A DNA stretch of 50,635 nucleotides from Octopus bimaculoides (taxonomy: Eukaryota). This document shows positions 24,000-37,722 of this stretch, piece after piece (position 1 is the stretch's first letter; each line of letters begins with the position of its first letter). The notes below the pieces were generated by a model. It saw nothing but the letters and a program-made list of their open reading frames with translations, did no database searches and was not told where the DNA came from. The stretch spans positions 124,155,996 to 124,206,630 of the forward strand of contig NC_068985.1 of the NCBI RefSeq assembly GCF_001194135.2, in the 5' to 3' direction. A program made the position numbers and the translations under genes.

Positions 24000-24869
24000 T
24001 GTGTCTGTCTGCCTGTCTGTGTATTGTGTTTTTCTTTGTGTGTGTGTGTGTTAGTGTGTGTGTAAACCAAAAATTTCACGTACAGGTATATACCAGTGCA
24101 GAGATATAAAATATATATTCGCATAAATGTGTGTCCTTATATCTGCAAACCTCTTTTGAAACGTGCATACAGTTGTATGGCAATAAATAGATAGATAGAT
24201 AGATAGATAAACACACACCCGCACGTAGAAATATGCATATGTACATATATATTTATGTACCCTCACATAATAGTGGTTATATAAATTTATTTGCGTTTAT
24301 ATCCATGTATAAAATTTTAATGATTTTATGGGTAAAACGATAAACTTAAACATGCTCTTGTACGCATTCACACCCTCAGAGACACACACCAATGTGAACG
24401 TGTATCTGTATACAAGTCTAAGTGTATGTACATATATCCATACATATAATTTATGCATATATATACAGTTATGTGTGTATAATGATTTGGGCTTAATGAA
24501 TAGAATTACGTTTATATACACCGCTTGCAAATAAATGAATTCCTGTAAAACCGCTATCATGTCCTTCGCCATTGTAAATCGCCTTCGTACCAACCACACC
24601 GTCTACCTTGTGTTCCCCTTACCTTCATTGTTAATATCTAGCTCTACCTGCAGTAATCAACCCTCTCCCCACACCTATCACCTCTCACTCCAACATCGGT
24701 ATCTACCTACCTCAGCATATGTTCTACTTCTCTTCATTATTAATATCTAATTTTCTTTAGTCATTAACTCTCCTGCCACATCTAATACTTCTCTACAATC
24801 AGTCCCACAACTACCTCTTTCGACATTAATATTAACAACACTAATGTCATCTTCTTAATCCCACCCACT

Positions 24870-25065
24870 CTCTCGACTTGCAGAAACAGCTGCCAAATTT
24901 CCCCCAAAACCACACCGTACAGTCTTGGAAAGCGATACAATCTATATCATGATTTTAAATTCTCTTGCACATATAGCAATAAAGGACGAAACGGTAATGG
25001 CTGGAATACCTCTGATTATTGATTTTTTTTTTATCAGAGATGATTTGGCCTTAAACAACAAAAAA
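24870..25065 (+). mobile_element. Repeat family D (SINE or LINE 3' end, (CAA)n-type tail)
   Basis: Motifs gaaacagctgccaaatttccc and ggtaatggctggaatacc...taaacaacaa recur at 25.2, 27.1, 28.2, 28.3 and 49.35 kb. Confidence 0.55.
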
Positions 25066-25419
25066 CACCACAATAGCAACATCGATTTCTAATGTTCCCG
25101 CCAAACCCCTATCATCGCCGTTACTAATAGTAACACCTGGACTATCAAGGAAAGCCACGGCCACCACAACCAACAATAATTATGCAATATTTCAACGACA
25201 TATTAGATAAAATAGTTGGGTAATGTTATTCCGGACAAAAGCCGTGTTGGAATGCCTTCTGACCAAAGACTGCTTGACCAGCGCTGATGTAGGGCTGAAC
25301 TACTGCCAATATCGATAACAGTAACAACACATAATGCAAATACATGCTTCAAAGATATGAACACAAACATTGATAATGCAAACATAACCGACAAGACTGA
25401 AAGCCATTATTTACTTCAA

Positions 25420-25890
25420 ACCGCCATGACTCTCACTACCACGATCATCATTATCTCCACCGTAAAGTTATTATCATCATACCATAAGCAATATTATTAT
25501 CGCTACCATATCCACCATTATCGCACCACAAGTATTACTATTATTATCACCACGTCAACCATCTTCGTTGCTACCATACCTATCAGTATCACAACTACGA
25601 CCATTATTATTACAACGATCATCGTTATCACTACCAGAGCCATCATTATTATCACTATCATTATAATTATCACTGTCATAATCACCATCTCTGCCATAAC
25701 TATCCTTATCATAGCTATAAACATTATCATCTCTACAATAACCATCATCTCTGTCACAACTATAATTTTCATCTCTACATTACTACAACGATCATTATCT
25801 CTACCACAACTATATTTATCACAACCGTAAACATTATTATTATGAATACCACAAACATCATTATTAGCATTACCATAACCATCATTATAA
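25420..25890. repeat. Degenerate (ATC/ACC/ATT)n tract
   Basis: Seen directly. Confidence 0.85.
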
Positions 25891-25895
25891 TTACT

Positions 25896-26440
25896 ACCCA
25901 GAGATCTCACCCAGAGATCTCACCCAGAGATCTCAAGAGGCAACAAGTTAGAAGTTCATGTTGGTATTATGCCTAGGGTGCCATATATTTGGTTTTGTAC
26001 ATAGTGTTGTTCTAGAGAATGTTTAAGAAACCATAAGAAAATTATGTGTTTGTTTTAAAATTTGAGATTACATAGAAAGTATTTTGCGTAGGATATGGGC
26101 AGTTCACATGAGCAGTATCTTTTGAATTTCTGCCATTTTAGGTTTTCCTGGTACCTGAGCTAGATAGCAATCAGCCCCCTTTGCTATCATTGCTAGGGCA
26201 CCTATGACAACAAGTATTGTTTTAGTCTTCAAGTTCTACATTTTGCTAATTTCTATTTAAAGATCCTTATACTTGCTCAGTTTTTAGTAGGTCTTGACAG
26301 ATACGTTTATATCGATTGGGACAGTCATATCAATGAGGAGGCATGATTTTTGTCTGAAGTCTTTCAATATGATGTCTGGCCTATTTGCATCTATCTTTCT
26401 GTCAGTTTTAATGGTGAAGTTCCAGAGGAGTGAGATGTGA
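25896..26440 (-). mobile_element. R4/Dong-clade LINE REL endonuclease 3' end, family 2
   Basis: Single minus frame LLWNFTIKTDRKIDANRPDIILKDFRQKSCLLIDMTVPIDINVSVKTY*KLSKYKDL*IEISKM*NLKT...VIGAL...TAHILRKILSM* with the PD-(D/E)xK REL motif; four premature stops. Confidence 0.9.
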
Positions 26441-26579
26441 TCATTTTCAATATTATTATTATTACCATAACCATCGTTATCACTAACACAGCCCTCATTA
26501 TCAATACCACAACTGTCATTATCATTGTCACAAGCAGTGCAATTATTTCAGCTACCACAACCACCAACTTTAACATTGT

Positions 26580-26759
26580 TTTCGGGGAGTGGATAAATCG
26601 ATTACATCGACCCGTGTTCAACTGGTACTTATTTTATCGACCGCGAAAGGATGTAAGGCAATGTCGACCTTGGTAGAATTGGAACTCAGTGCGTAAACAC
26701 GGACTAAATGCCGTTAAGCATTTCGCCTGGAGTGCTAACGATTCTGCCAGCTCAGCGCC
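26580..26759 (-). mobile_element. SINE family A (3'-truncated)
   Basis: Reverse complement reads ggcgctgagctggcagaatcgttagcac...gagttccaatt...gtcgataaaataagtaccagttgaacacgggtcgatgtaatcga. Confidence 0.88.
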
Positions 26760-26780
26760 TTACCACCAACATTAAGATTA

Positions 26781-26985
26781 GTTTCAAATTTTGGCACAAG
26801 GCCAACAATTTTGGGCGAAGGAGTAAGTCGATTACATCGACCCCAGTATTTAACTGATACATATTTTATCAACGCCGAAAGGATGAAAGGCAACCTGGGT
26901 GGAACTTGAGCTCGGAACGTGAGGACGGACAAAATGTCGCTAAGCATTTTGCCCGGCGTGCCAACGATTCTGCCAGCTCACCACC
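26781..26985 (-). mobile_element. SINE family A, full length, with 14-bp flanking direct repeat
   Basis: Head ggtggtgagctggcagaatcgttggcacg, tail ttggccttgtgccaaaatttgaaac; ttaccaccaacatt at 26760-26773 and 26986-26999. Confidence 0.9.
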
Positions 26986-27049
26986 TTACCACCAACATTG
27001 ATATTACCAACAATAACGCATCAGTGGAGTAGCCTTTATAAAGGAATTT

Positions 27050-27240
27050 GACTTACTAGAAATAGCAACCAAACTTCTTGAAATCATATTATACTATCTG
27101 ACAAAAAATGGTCATATTGGATAATATAATCAAAGAAACATTGGCAGGATAAAAGACGGCAAGGTTACAACTAGAATGCCTTTGATCGTATGCTAAATCA
27201 TCACTGATTTTGTGGCATATCCTCATCAACAACAAAATCT
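27050..27240 (+). mobile_element. Repeat family D copy
   Basis: ctagaaatagcaaccaaac...catattggataat...tagaatgcctttgatc...caacaacaa. Confidence 0.55.
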
Positions 27241-27569
27241 TCATGTCAATCTTGATAATTGCCACGCATATCCTCATCATAATCTCTGTTATTACTATAA
27301 ATGCTACCACCATCATATACATATTTACTATGGAGTTACTGTGTGTTGTTCGCACAACGTGCCAGAAACAGCAACCAAATCTCATTCTCAAAACCGCCAT
27401 CTTCGAAAAGGAAACGACACATTAAACGGTCATCATAAACAGCAGCAGTATCAACGGGTATGGCTTGCTCTCGGCAGGTTCATAGATTGCTGTACTGCTA
27501 CCCTTTGTTAACAATATATATGTATAGGTCGAGGATCCAGTCCCCTCCATGTTTGACGGTGGACCCCTA

Positions 27570-27780
27570 CGTGATTTGAACTCAGAATTGAACGAACAGA
27601 AACAAATAGCACCAAGTAGCCAGTCCGTCCGTTGCTCTAACAATTCTGCTAGTTCACTGCTCTAAATTGAGACTATCAAATCCGAAAGGATGAAAGGCAA
27701 GGTGATATGGGCTAGATCTGAACTCGAAACGCAAAGAACCAGAAGAGATTTCGTTTAACGCTTTAACGCTCCTATCAATT
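27570..27780 (-). mobile_element. Two degenerate SINE family A heads in tandem
   Basis: tttgaactcagaa B-box (reverse) with ctctaacaattctgctagttca head; second piece ccgaaaggatgaaaggcaagg...tctgaactcgaaac. Confidence 0.6.
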
Positions 27781-27943
27781 CGATGCCTTTTTCCTACATA
27801 TGTTTCTAAAGGGACAGCATGGTAGTAACGCAAATACCAATGATCATAGGTGTTCTCGGTTCGATCAGGTTTAATCAGGTAGTCAGCAACAACAACAACA
27901 ACAACAACTACTACTACTACTACTACTACTACTNNNNNNNNNN

Positions 27944-27983
<40 letters not shown>

Positions 27984-28204
27984 AATAAAAACAACAGCAA
28001 TTCAGCCATTATACTTATTCTGAACATGACAAACATTTTCTTCCACAATTCCGAACATGGCAAACAATTCCTGCCACAACAATTCACCACGACAGTCACC
28101 ACTAATGTCACCACTAATGGTCACTTAATGTGAATGAAGTACATTCTACACTCACGAGATAAAGTGCATGTTGAATAATGTAGTGATATATGTATATATA
28201 AACA

Positions 28205-28450
28205 GATGTGATGGTCATGGCTCGAATGCATTTGATCATTGGTCGACATGATCAGGCTTGAGCTGGGGTTAAACAACAGCAACTTCACTAAGATTTTGAG
28301 CCAATGAAAAAACCACTTCATGATCCTGCAATAAGCTAGAATTAGCAGACAAATCTCCTCTAGATGACACTAAATCGTGTTTAAAGACAGGAGGACATGT
28401 CGGATAATAAGATGAAATTTGAGACGGGATGGTCATTACTACGAGAATTA
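28205..28450 (+). mobile_element. Two adjacent repeat family D fragments
   Basis: gatggtcatggctcgaatgcatttgatc...ggggttaaacaacagc, then ctagaattagcagacaaatctcc...ggataat...ggatggtca. Confidence 0.55.
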
Positions 28451-28661
28451 TTAGCACCATCAACAACACAACTAATGCCACTACTTCTACTACTACAAAT
28501 ACTACCACCACCACCACCACCACCACCACAACTACCACCACCACCACCACAAAATCATCATTCACCACACTACTACCACTGATAGCACTATTACCACCAC
28601 CAACAACAACAGCTAACAACGCCACTGCAACCAATACAACCACTAATACCAACGACTACTA

Positions 28662-28728
<67 letters not shown>

Positions 28729-28902
28729 CACTACTACTACTACTAGTACCACCACAAACATGAATAGCATCAACCACTGACACTAAGGATACAACCACTA
28801 ATAAAAGCAGCTTTATCCACCACCACCACCACCACCAATACCACTATCAATATCATTACTAGCACAAAAAAAACAAACATCATCTACTACACAACAGCAA
28901 CA

Positions 28903-28977
<75 letters not shown>

Positions 28978-29170
28978 GCTGCTGCTACTTCCGCTGCTGC
29001 TACTACTACTACTACTACTACCACCACCATCTCCAAAACCACTATTAACACTGAGCAACGTCAATGGTCACTACCACTACTTTTAATACCACCACAAACA
29101 CCGAAAAGCATCAAATACCACCACCATTACTACCACTACTAATGCTAGTGCAAACGACGCTAACGCCCCC
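28440..29170. repeat. Compound (ACC/ACT/AAT/CAA)n tract
   Basis: Seen directly. Confidence 0.9.
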
Positions 29171-29478
29171 CCCCTNNNNNNNNNNNNNNNNNNNNNNNNN
29201 NNNNNNNNNNNNNNNNNNNNNNNNNNNNNNNNNNNNNNNNNNNNNNNNNNNNNNNNNNNNNNNNNNNNNNNNNGGCCGTATCACTGAACATCATATAGCG
29301 GAGTCTATATTATATAGACTGAAAGATCAATACATGTAAAATACTGGTTTGTAGCTTCACAGACAAGCGTCCACGTCCTCCAAGATCTGTGTCACCGGAG
29401 TACTCCCCTTCCTTACACCACACTCCTTGTTCGTATACAGATTTTCTACCATAGCCCCTCCCCCCTCTCTCTCTCTGC

Positions 29479-29519
<41 letters not shown>

Positions 29520-30275
29520 CCTGACTGTATTTCTTGTATGCTGATGTAATGGTAATATTATTCTATGAAAGAAGCAATACACTACGTAGTAGAGTATCGG
29601 TTATATTATCTCTCTTTTTCTGACAATTTCTCCATTAACCAGGGGCTTTCTCTCGCTCTGTCTATGTGGCTGACTGTCTGTCAATGTCTCTATCTATCTA
29701 GCTAATTATCTATTGGTCTAACTTCTAAGTTATATGTGACAGACATATGCACACGTACACGCGCGCGCACAAACACACACGCACACACACGCACGCACGC
29801 ACACACATACACATATTTGAAGCATTACTTCGAATAAATGTATGTCTATATGTCTATGCTCTCTTTGCAAATTCGTGTTTGCGTACGTATACATACATAC
29901 ATACATGCATGCATACATACATACATACATACATACACGCATACATACATACGTACATACATACATGCACGCATGCATGCATGCATGCATGCAAACAAAC
30001 AGATAGCTTATCTATCTATTCACCTGCCTATTTATACAAATAAACATTTATATACTGTAGCATACCCGTGTCGTCAAAAATGCCGACAATTTTATTAATG
30101 ATAGAAAATAGCGCATCAATATACTGGGGCAAACCATAAATAAATGTTAGAAATCTAACAAATACATGTACATACAGAGGATTGAAACGCATGAAGAAAC
30201 AGACACGATTGTAACGTATCGGTTGAAATTATCACCCACATAATGCATGTGAGTATGTATATCTACAAACACACG

Positions 30276-30320
<45 letters not shown>

Positions 30321-31174
30321 ATACACACATACACACATACACACAAAAACAGACATATGTACACATACAAACATATATACGTATTTATACGTATATATAT
30401 ATATATATGCACATATATATATATATATACGTATATATATGCACATGTGTGTGTTTGTATTTATATAAGCATACATACATACATACATACATACATACAT
30501 ACATACATACAAATACATATATACATACATATAACATTTATATGTACATTATACGAACGATAATATTTTGAAAACAAAAGTGATATTTAATTTCACATAT
30601 ATATATTTGTGTGTGTGAGAGAGAGGGGGGGAGAAGGAGGGAGAGAAATATTTCCTACAGATTTTTACATTTTAATTATCATCATTCCTTCATTATCGTT
30701 GTTGTTGTTGTTGTTGTTATTGTTGTTGCTGTTATTGTTGCTGGTGGTGCTGGTGGTGGTGGTGGTAGTGGTGGTAGGAGTAGCTGTGGTAATTGAACTT
30801 TAAACCCGAAAATAAGATAATTTTTACTGACTTTTCTCTTAAATTAGCTAGTATTTTTCCTGCTATCGTCATAATGAGCACCTTTAATATTGTTGTTATT
30901 CTTAGTGTCAATGGTCGTAGCAGTAGAAATAGTACCTCTAAGTATGAGCATCATTGTTTATTTAGCTTGCGTTGGAATTTATTAGTAAAGTTCTTTTCTC
31001 TGATTTTTTTCTTTCAATTTCACTTGGACTGTGTAGTTACCATTCTACTAACTACACAGTTTGTACAATGAGTTACAAAACAATGAGTCAAGAGAGAAAC
31101 AACGAGATACATGACCGATGTTCTAACAGCGCTGCAAATCCACAACCCTGGAAAGGATTATAAGCAAAGTTGAT

Positions 31175-31229
<55 letters not shown>

Positions 31230-31334
31230 TAAATTTGCTTTCCATGCTTTAGGAGTATATCTATTAAATTCAACAGAACTGACTTCATTCAGCTCATGTA
31301 TAGACAGAATTGATCTCCGTGGATGTGTGTTTGA

Positions 31335-31477
31335 AAGATTGCCTTGCTACCACATGGTTCCAACTTCAGTCTCACGGCATGGTACATTGGGCTTGTGCCT
31401 TCTATTATAGCCCTTAGCCGAATAATGCCTTGTGAGTGAGTCTGGTGACCGGAAAGTGTGTAGAAACCCGTCGTTTA

Positions 31478-31564
<87 letters not shown>

Positions 31565-31765
31565 ATCTATAACTGTGCTTATACATGGCTACACTACCGC
31601 TTGAAACCGGTGTTGGTTTGTTTACTTACCGGGAACATAGCGGTTTCGGCAAAAGTGATCCCATAGAATAAGTGTCAAACTTAAAAATATAAATACTGTA
31701 ATCGATTCGTTCGACTGAGCTCTTCAAGGTATGGCATTAATCCAATGACTGAAACTAATAAAGGA
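31335..31765 (+). mobile_element. SINE family B, old diverged copy
   Basis: ccacatggttccaacttcagtc, ggtacattgggcttgtgccttctattatagccc, internal (TG)n, gcggtttcggcaaaag, and tail caatgactgaaactaataaagg. Confidence 0.75.
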
Positions 31766-31882
31766 TTAAATAAAATAGGGACGAAATATCGAAACCCTAA
31801 TTATGGTCTTATAAACTAGGCATATAAACTAGGCTACTCTTGGTTAGGCTTTGCAAACCATGTCTATCTTACTCTTCAATAG

Positions 31883-31976
31883 GCCGTATCAGGTGTTTTG
31901 GAGAATTCAGTATCCTAAAAGAGGAGGAAAATTACTCAGCTACATTGATGTTAATGACAGGGGCGTCATACAAAAG
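31883..31976 (+). CDS. Candidate internal coding exon (94 nt), possibly a beta-sandwich ectodomain segment
   Basis: tatcttactcttcaatAG acceptor and AAG|GTAAAT donor in non-repetitive DNA; open frame RPYQVFWRIQYPKRGGKLLSYIDVNDRGVIQK; weak recalled likeness to the TMEM132 WxVEYP...SxIxV segment. Confidence 0.4.
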
Positions 31977-32813
31977 GTAAATGGGACAAAGATTCCTGAT
32001 TGTGAAGCATATCTTTGTTGCAGCCACTTGAGAAGGAAGTTAAATATATTTTTTATATATGCATCATCCTCAAACTTCTGTTTCGATCTAAATCAACCAC
32101 ACAAAATTTCCATCCGCTCCTCCCTCCCACTCTCTCTGTATCATCTCATGTTTTCTGTCACACTATCCTTTTATGTTACTAAGGTATTAAGTCAGGGAAA
32201 ATGAATTGCAAACATCATCGAGATGTGAGCTCCAATCTAAAATAATATGACAAAATATTCGGCTTGTTTATCAAGACAAGGAGATGAGAGGCTGGGAAGT
32301 GCTAGCAATCCTTCCAAATTCTCAGAATCTAACTTCAGGCGTTACAAAACATGGCTTTCTCAATGATATGCGTAACATTCATAATTCATATGTTTACCCA
32401 CAGCAAGTAGTAGGCACACATATTGCATAACAGATACACGCGGACATTTACACAACAATATACATAGATATATTCGTGAGCATAAGATTATTGCATGTTT
32501 GTAAATGAATACACGCCTTATATAATTCTCTTTCTATTGCTAATAATAAATCACTCGCTATTTTAAACAAACAACTACACTTTTCACGCGCATATACACA
32601 ATACGCACAGATTCGCAGGTGTACATATGTATACGTGTGTATTATGCGCGTATCTGTGTGTGTACGTCTGTGCATGTGTGTGTGTGTGTGTGTAAGCACA
32701 TATACATCTGAAATTATTAACGTGTTCACAATATATAGTATACTTATATAGCTATAGATATATATGTTTATACACACACATACATAGACACATATATGTA
32801 TGCATACATACAT

Positions 32814-32854
<41 letters not shown>

Positions 32855-33265
32855 NNNNNNNNNNNNNNNNNNNNNNNNNNNNNNNNNNNNNNNNNNNNNN
32901 NNNNNNNNNNNNNNNNNNNNNNNNNNNNNNNNNNNNNNNNNNNNNNNNNNNNNNNNNNNNNNNNNNNNNNNNNNNNNNNNNNNNNNNNNNNNNNNNNNNN
33001 NNNNNNNNNNNNNNNNNNNNNNNNNNNNNNNNNNNNNNNNNNNNNNNNNNNNNNNNNNNNNNNNNNNNNNNNNNNNNNNNNNNNNNNNTATATATATATA
33101 CTGAATTATATATTTATGAACTGAGAGTTTTACATCAGAGATTAGTAATTGTACATTCATTACAGTCAATGTTGCGCCAAAAGAACATGGCTTCACTTCC
33201 GGCGCTGGCATATTTAGCCCTCTACCGTTAACGTTTCCAGTTTTCCGCTTGGGACATGTGTGTGG

Positions 33266-33306
<41 letters not shown>

Positions 33307-33386
33307 TATACATAGCTACACTTGTATACAAGTATATGTGTGTATACTTGTGTACATATACAAGTATATGCGTGTTTGTATATATA

Positions 33387-33418
<32 letters not shown>

Positions 33419-34423
33419 AATACACACGTATATATATGCGTATATTTATACATATATGTATATATGTTCATATACACATATTAGTAAATATATATATACA
33501 TGTGTGTGTCTGATCCAGAATTATGTAACATCTGCCTGCTGTACAGATGTGTGTGAATTTTATGAAAGGATTACAATGATCTATCACACAGACGGCTGAT
33601 CAAAATGATTCGTGGGCTACTGTGTTATTACTACGATTATTGTCTGTCTATATACAGCTCGCTGGCTTAGACCTCTAGCTATATAATAGGCACCATAGTA
33701 ATAGATTTTTCTGCCTGTAGCAATTGCACCTCAGTTAGATTCGTTGTAACATTCTAAAATGAATTATAATCGCACAAACTCATTTATCATCTCTTCGCCC
33801 TATAAAGCTATGAACTCTTCGCTCGCTCTAAATATCTGTGAACTCGTTCCTGACGATCAAAAAAATAGGAAAAAGAAAAAATCGATATGTCATACATATC
33901 TACGCCACTTCCTTTGTTTTCTATAATTTCTATCTTGCATTTTTGCTTTCTTTCTCGAATTCTTTCCCTGTTTGTATTTTCACGTTATTTTCTCTCACTC
34001 TCCCACTACCCCGTCTCTCCCCCTCTCTCTCTCTCCCTCTCTCCATACTCTATTCTTCATATTTTATTTGTTAGTTTTTTTTCTTATTAACCAATATCAC
34101 TTTTGTAATTCATTCCATTCTCTTTGGTTTTACTATTTACTTATTCTTCCTTCTATTCTTATCCCTTTTTCTTTTTACCTCTCTCTTTCAACAGACACAC
34201 AGACACAAATACAAACACGTTCACACGCGCGCATAATTAATTGCAAGTTCACTCAACTTCACATTACTCAAAGTTTCCTAGGCACACGTAATAAGGATTT
34301 GGGTGAAGCGGTTAATAGCCAGTTACAACTCCAACTCCAACTCAGTGCTACTTTTTTGCGTTTGTTCAGTTATCTGCGCCCATATACAAGCATACACCTA
34401 CACATATTTATTATTATTATTAT

Positions 34424-34722
34424 TTATTTTTATAACGTGCTTTCACTTCACTACCGAGCGCAGCTCTGTGCGCCTTGGGTATGTGCTGTGGTTTGCTGTG
34501 GTGCTCTTATGTTTACTGTATTGAAACTGTTTTGCGTAGAATGTGTGCAGTACCCAGTAGTGCAATTTTCTGTATGTTATATATATTTGTAAGTCCTGGT
34601 GTTTTTGTTATGTATTTGTCTGAATATTTTTTTTATTATACCTAAGGCACCTACTATGATAGGAATTGTTTCTGTTTTTAGATTCCACATTCGAGTTATC
34701 TCTATTTCCAGGTCTTTGTATT
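34424..34722 (-). mobile_element. R4/Dong-clade LINE 3' end, family 3 (runs into gap)
   Basis: Minus translation YKDLEIEITRMWNLKTETIPIIVGALGII/KKYSDKYITKTPGLTNIYNIQKIALLGTAHILRKTVSIQ*, with one slip in an A8 run; (TAA)n tail at 34407-34423. Confidence 0.9.
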
Positions 34723-34896
34723 NNNNNNNNNNNNNNNNNNNNNNNNNNNNNNNNNNNNNNNNNNNNNNNNNNNNNNNNNNNNNNNNNNNNNNNNNNNNNN
34801 NNNNNNNNNNNNNNNNNNNNNNNNNNNNNNNNNNNNNNNNNNNNNNNNNNNNNNNNNNNNNNNNNNNNNNNNNNNNNNNNNNNNNNNNTTATTATT

Positions 34897-35185
<289 letters not shown>

Positions 35186-35262
35186 GTTCTTTCAACTTTC
35201 CATTTCTTGTCGAGTGTCATTCCGACACTGATCGAGTGTCTTCCCTAGGAAAGGTAAGTACC

Positions 35263-35335
35263 AGTTGAACATTGGAGTCGATGTAATCGTCTTAGACCCA
35301 CCCGTAAAATTGCTGGCCCTGTGTCAAATTATTAT
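35263..35335 (+). mobile_element. SINE family A 3' fragment
   Basis: taagtaccagttgaacattggagtcgatgtaatcg...aaattgctggccctgtgtcaaatt. Confidence 0.7.
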
Positions 35336-36156
35336 CATCACTTTTTCTTTTCTAGCTTTGTTTTAAGTTATACGAGTTGCACCCCCAAGTCTCAACCAAA
35401 GATGTTAAGGAGCAGCAAGGTTTTGCATTTGAAGATGTTAAAAGGTGAATTGCAATACAATTGAAAATACTGTTGTCTGTGGGTGAGAAAAATGAAGAAT
35501 GAGTAAGACTGCATTTAGATGGAAGAGGATTTACATAAAATATGGAAAAGTGCGCATAGCTATGATCTTTTGCAATTCAATTATTCTTGAGACTGCCAAG
35601 AATTTGGTCAACATTTCATTCCAAGTGCTCCAATAAATAGGTAATGTTGATGCTTTGAGATGCCAAAATTTCTGGAGATTCTACCTTCCGCCAGGTGGTA
35701 TTTGTTTACTTGTTTTCACGTTCTGATTCGCAATCTTGTCCAGATATGCGTTATATATCACCATCCCGCGTACGGTAACCTAAAGAATGAAGACAAACTA
35801 ATCGACGTCTGAGAAGACGGTACCAAAGCATGGCTACCTACCATGATTCTTACCACTGTGTTTTTGTTGTTCCTGGTGTTGTTGGCGGTGGTGGTGGAGG
35901 AGGTGGTAGTGGCAGCGGTGTGGTGATGGTAATAGCATCGGCAGTAGTAGTGGTTATAGTGGTATTGACAGTGGTATTGTGGCGACAATTATGCTTGTCG
36001 TATTACTGCGACATTAGCTACATCTGTTGCAAGCTAAATGTAATTGTTGGGTAAAGACAGACAAGATAGATAGACAGATAGATAGATAGAAAACTAGATA
36101 GACGTGAAATATATGCATATAGAAACACACACACACACGCATATATATATATATAT

Positions 36157-36255
<99 letters not shown>

Positions 36256-36286
36256 AATATATGCACACACACGTAAACTACATAAT

Positions 36287-36327
<41 letters not shown>

Positions 36328-36786
36328 GCGCGCAAACATACATATAAAGACAAAAAGGGGGAGAAAGAGAAACGTATATACATACACACAGATTATATAA
36401 TACATGTATATATGTATATATTTGGGTGAGTGTACGTGTCAGCATGATTTGCATAGCAAAGAACAGGCATGTATATATGTATAACGAGGGAGAGTAAAGG
36501 AGAAAGAGAGAGTATAACAGATTGACACATGGAGAGTAAAGCAATTTATAGAGAGTGAAAGTTGGAAAGAAGAGCAGGAAAGAGAGAAAAGAGGGAGAGA
36601 GAAGGGAGGAATAAAGTAAAAGATTGGCAATGAAGTTTATTAATTGGTCATTTGTTGAAGGCATGCCAACAACAAGTTTAATCTTACGAGCTGAAAGAGC
36701 TAATTGTTAAAAAACATTCGAAAGCTGCGCCATTTTGAATGTAATGTAGTCACTTTATTTTCTTGTTTATTTCGTTATTTATATAG

Positions 36787-36917
36787 TTTCAATGACGAGA
36801 AAAAATGCAACGGTGTTACTGCGTAGAAGGAGCGTGGTTGTCAATGTTTTCGATAGATGTAGTTTGGTGGAGAACGACGGGAGAAATGAGGAGGAACAAC
36901 TAGAAAATATGGTCAAA
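36787..36917 (+). other. Weak candidate exon (131 nt)
   Basis: About 30-nt T-rich tract then AG, a single open frame SMTRKNATVLLRRRSVVVNVFDRC...ENMVK and donor AAA|GTAGGT; no recognised homology. Confidence 0.22.
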
Positions 36918-37722
36918 GTAGGTTTAAAAATCAACATACATATATGCATACACAGACACATGCACACACACATGCATACATACATACATACATGCATGCA
37001 TACATACATACACCCACATACACACACACACCATATATACATACATACACACCCGTATATACATACGTATACATGCGTGGGTACAATTATATTTAACACA
37101 TTCGTCGAAATATCTTTGCTGCAGAAACTATCCAGAAAGAGCAATCCTCTTTATATNNNNNNNNNNNNNNNNNNNNNNNNNNNNNNNNNNNNNNNNNNNN
37201 NNNNNNNNNNNNNNNNNNNNNNNNNNNNNNNNNNNNNNNNNNNNNNNNNNNNNNNNNNNNNNNNNNNNNNNNNNNNNNNNNNNNNNNNNNNNNNNNNNNN
37301 NNNNNNNNNNNNNNNNNNNNNNNNNNNNNNNNNNNNNNNNNNNNNNNNNNNNNNNNNNNNNNNNNNNNNNNNNNNNNNNNNNNNNNNNNNNNNNNNNNNN
37401 NNNNNNNNNNNNNNNNNNNNNNNNNNNNNNNNNNNNNNNNNNNNNNNNNNNNNNNNNNNNNNNNNNNNNNNNNNNNNNNNNNNNNNNNNNNNNNNNNNNN
37501 NNNNNNNNNNNNNNNNNNNNNNNNNNNNNNNNNNNNNNNNNNNNNNNNNNNNNNNNNNNNNNNNNNNNNNNNNNNNNNNNNNNNNNNNNNNNNNNNNNNN
37601 NNNNNNNNNNNNNNNNNNNNNNNNNNNNNNNNNNNNNNNNNNNNNNNNNNNNNNNNNNNNNNNNNNNNNNNNNNNNNNNNNNNNNNNNNNNNNNNNNNNN
37701 NNNNNNNNNNNNNNNNNNNNNN

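Noticed and set aside
24884-24993. Apparent exon with CAG acceptor, open frame and GTAATG donor
   Set aside because: Entirely within a family D repeat copy.
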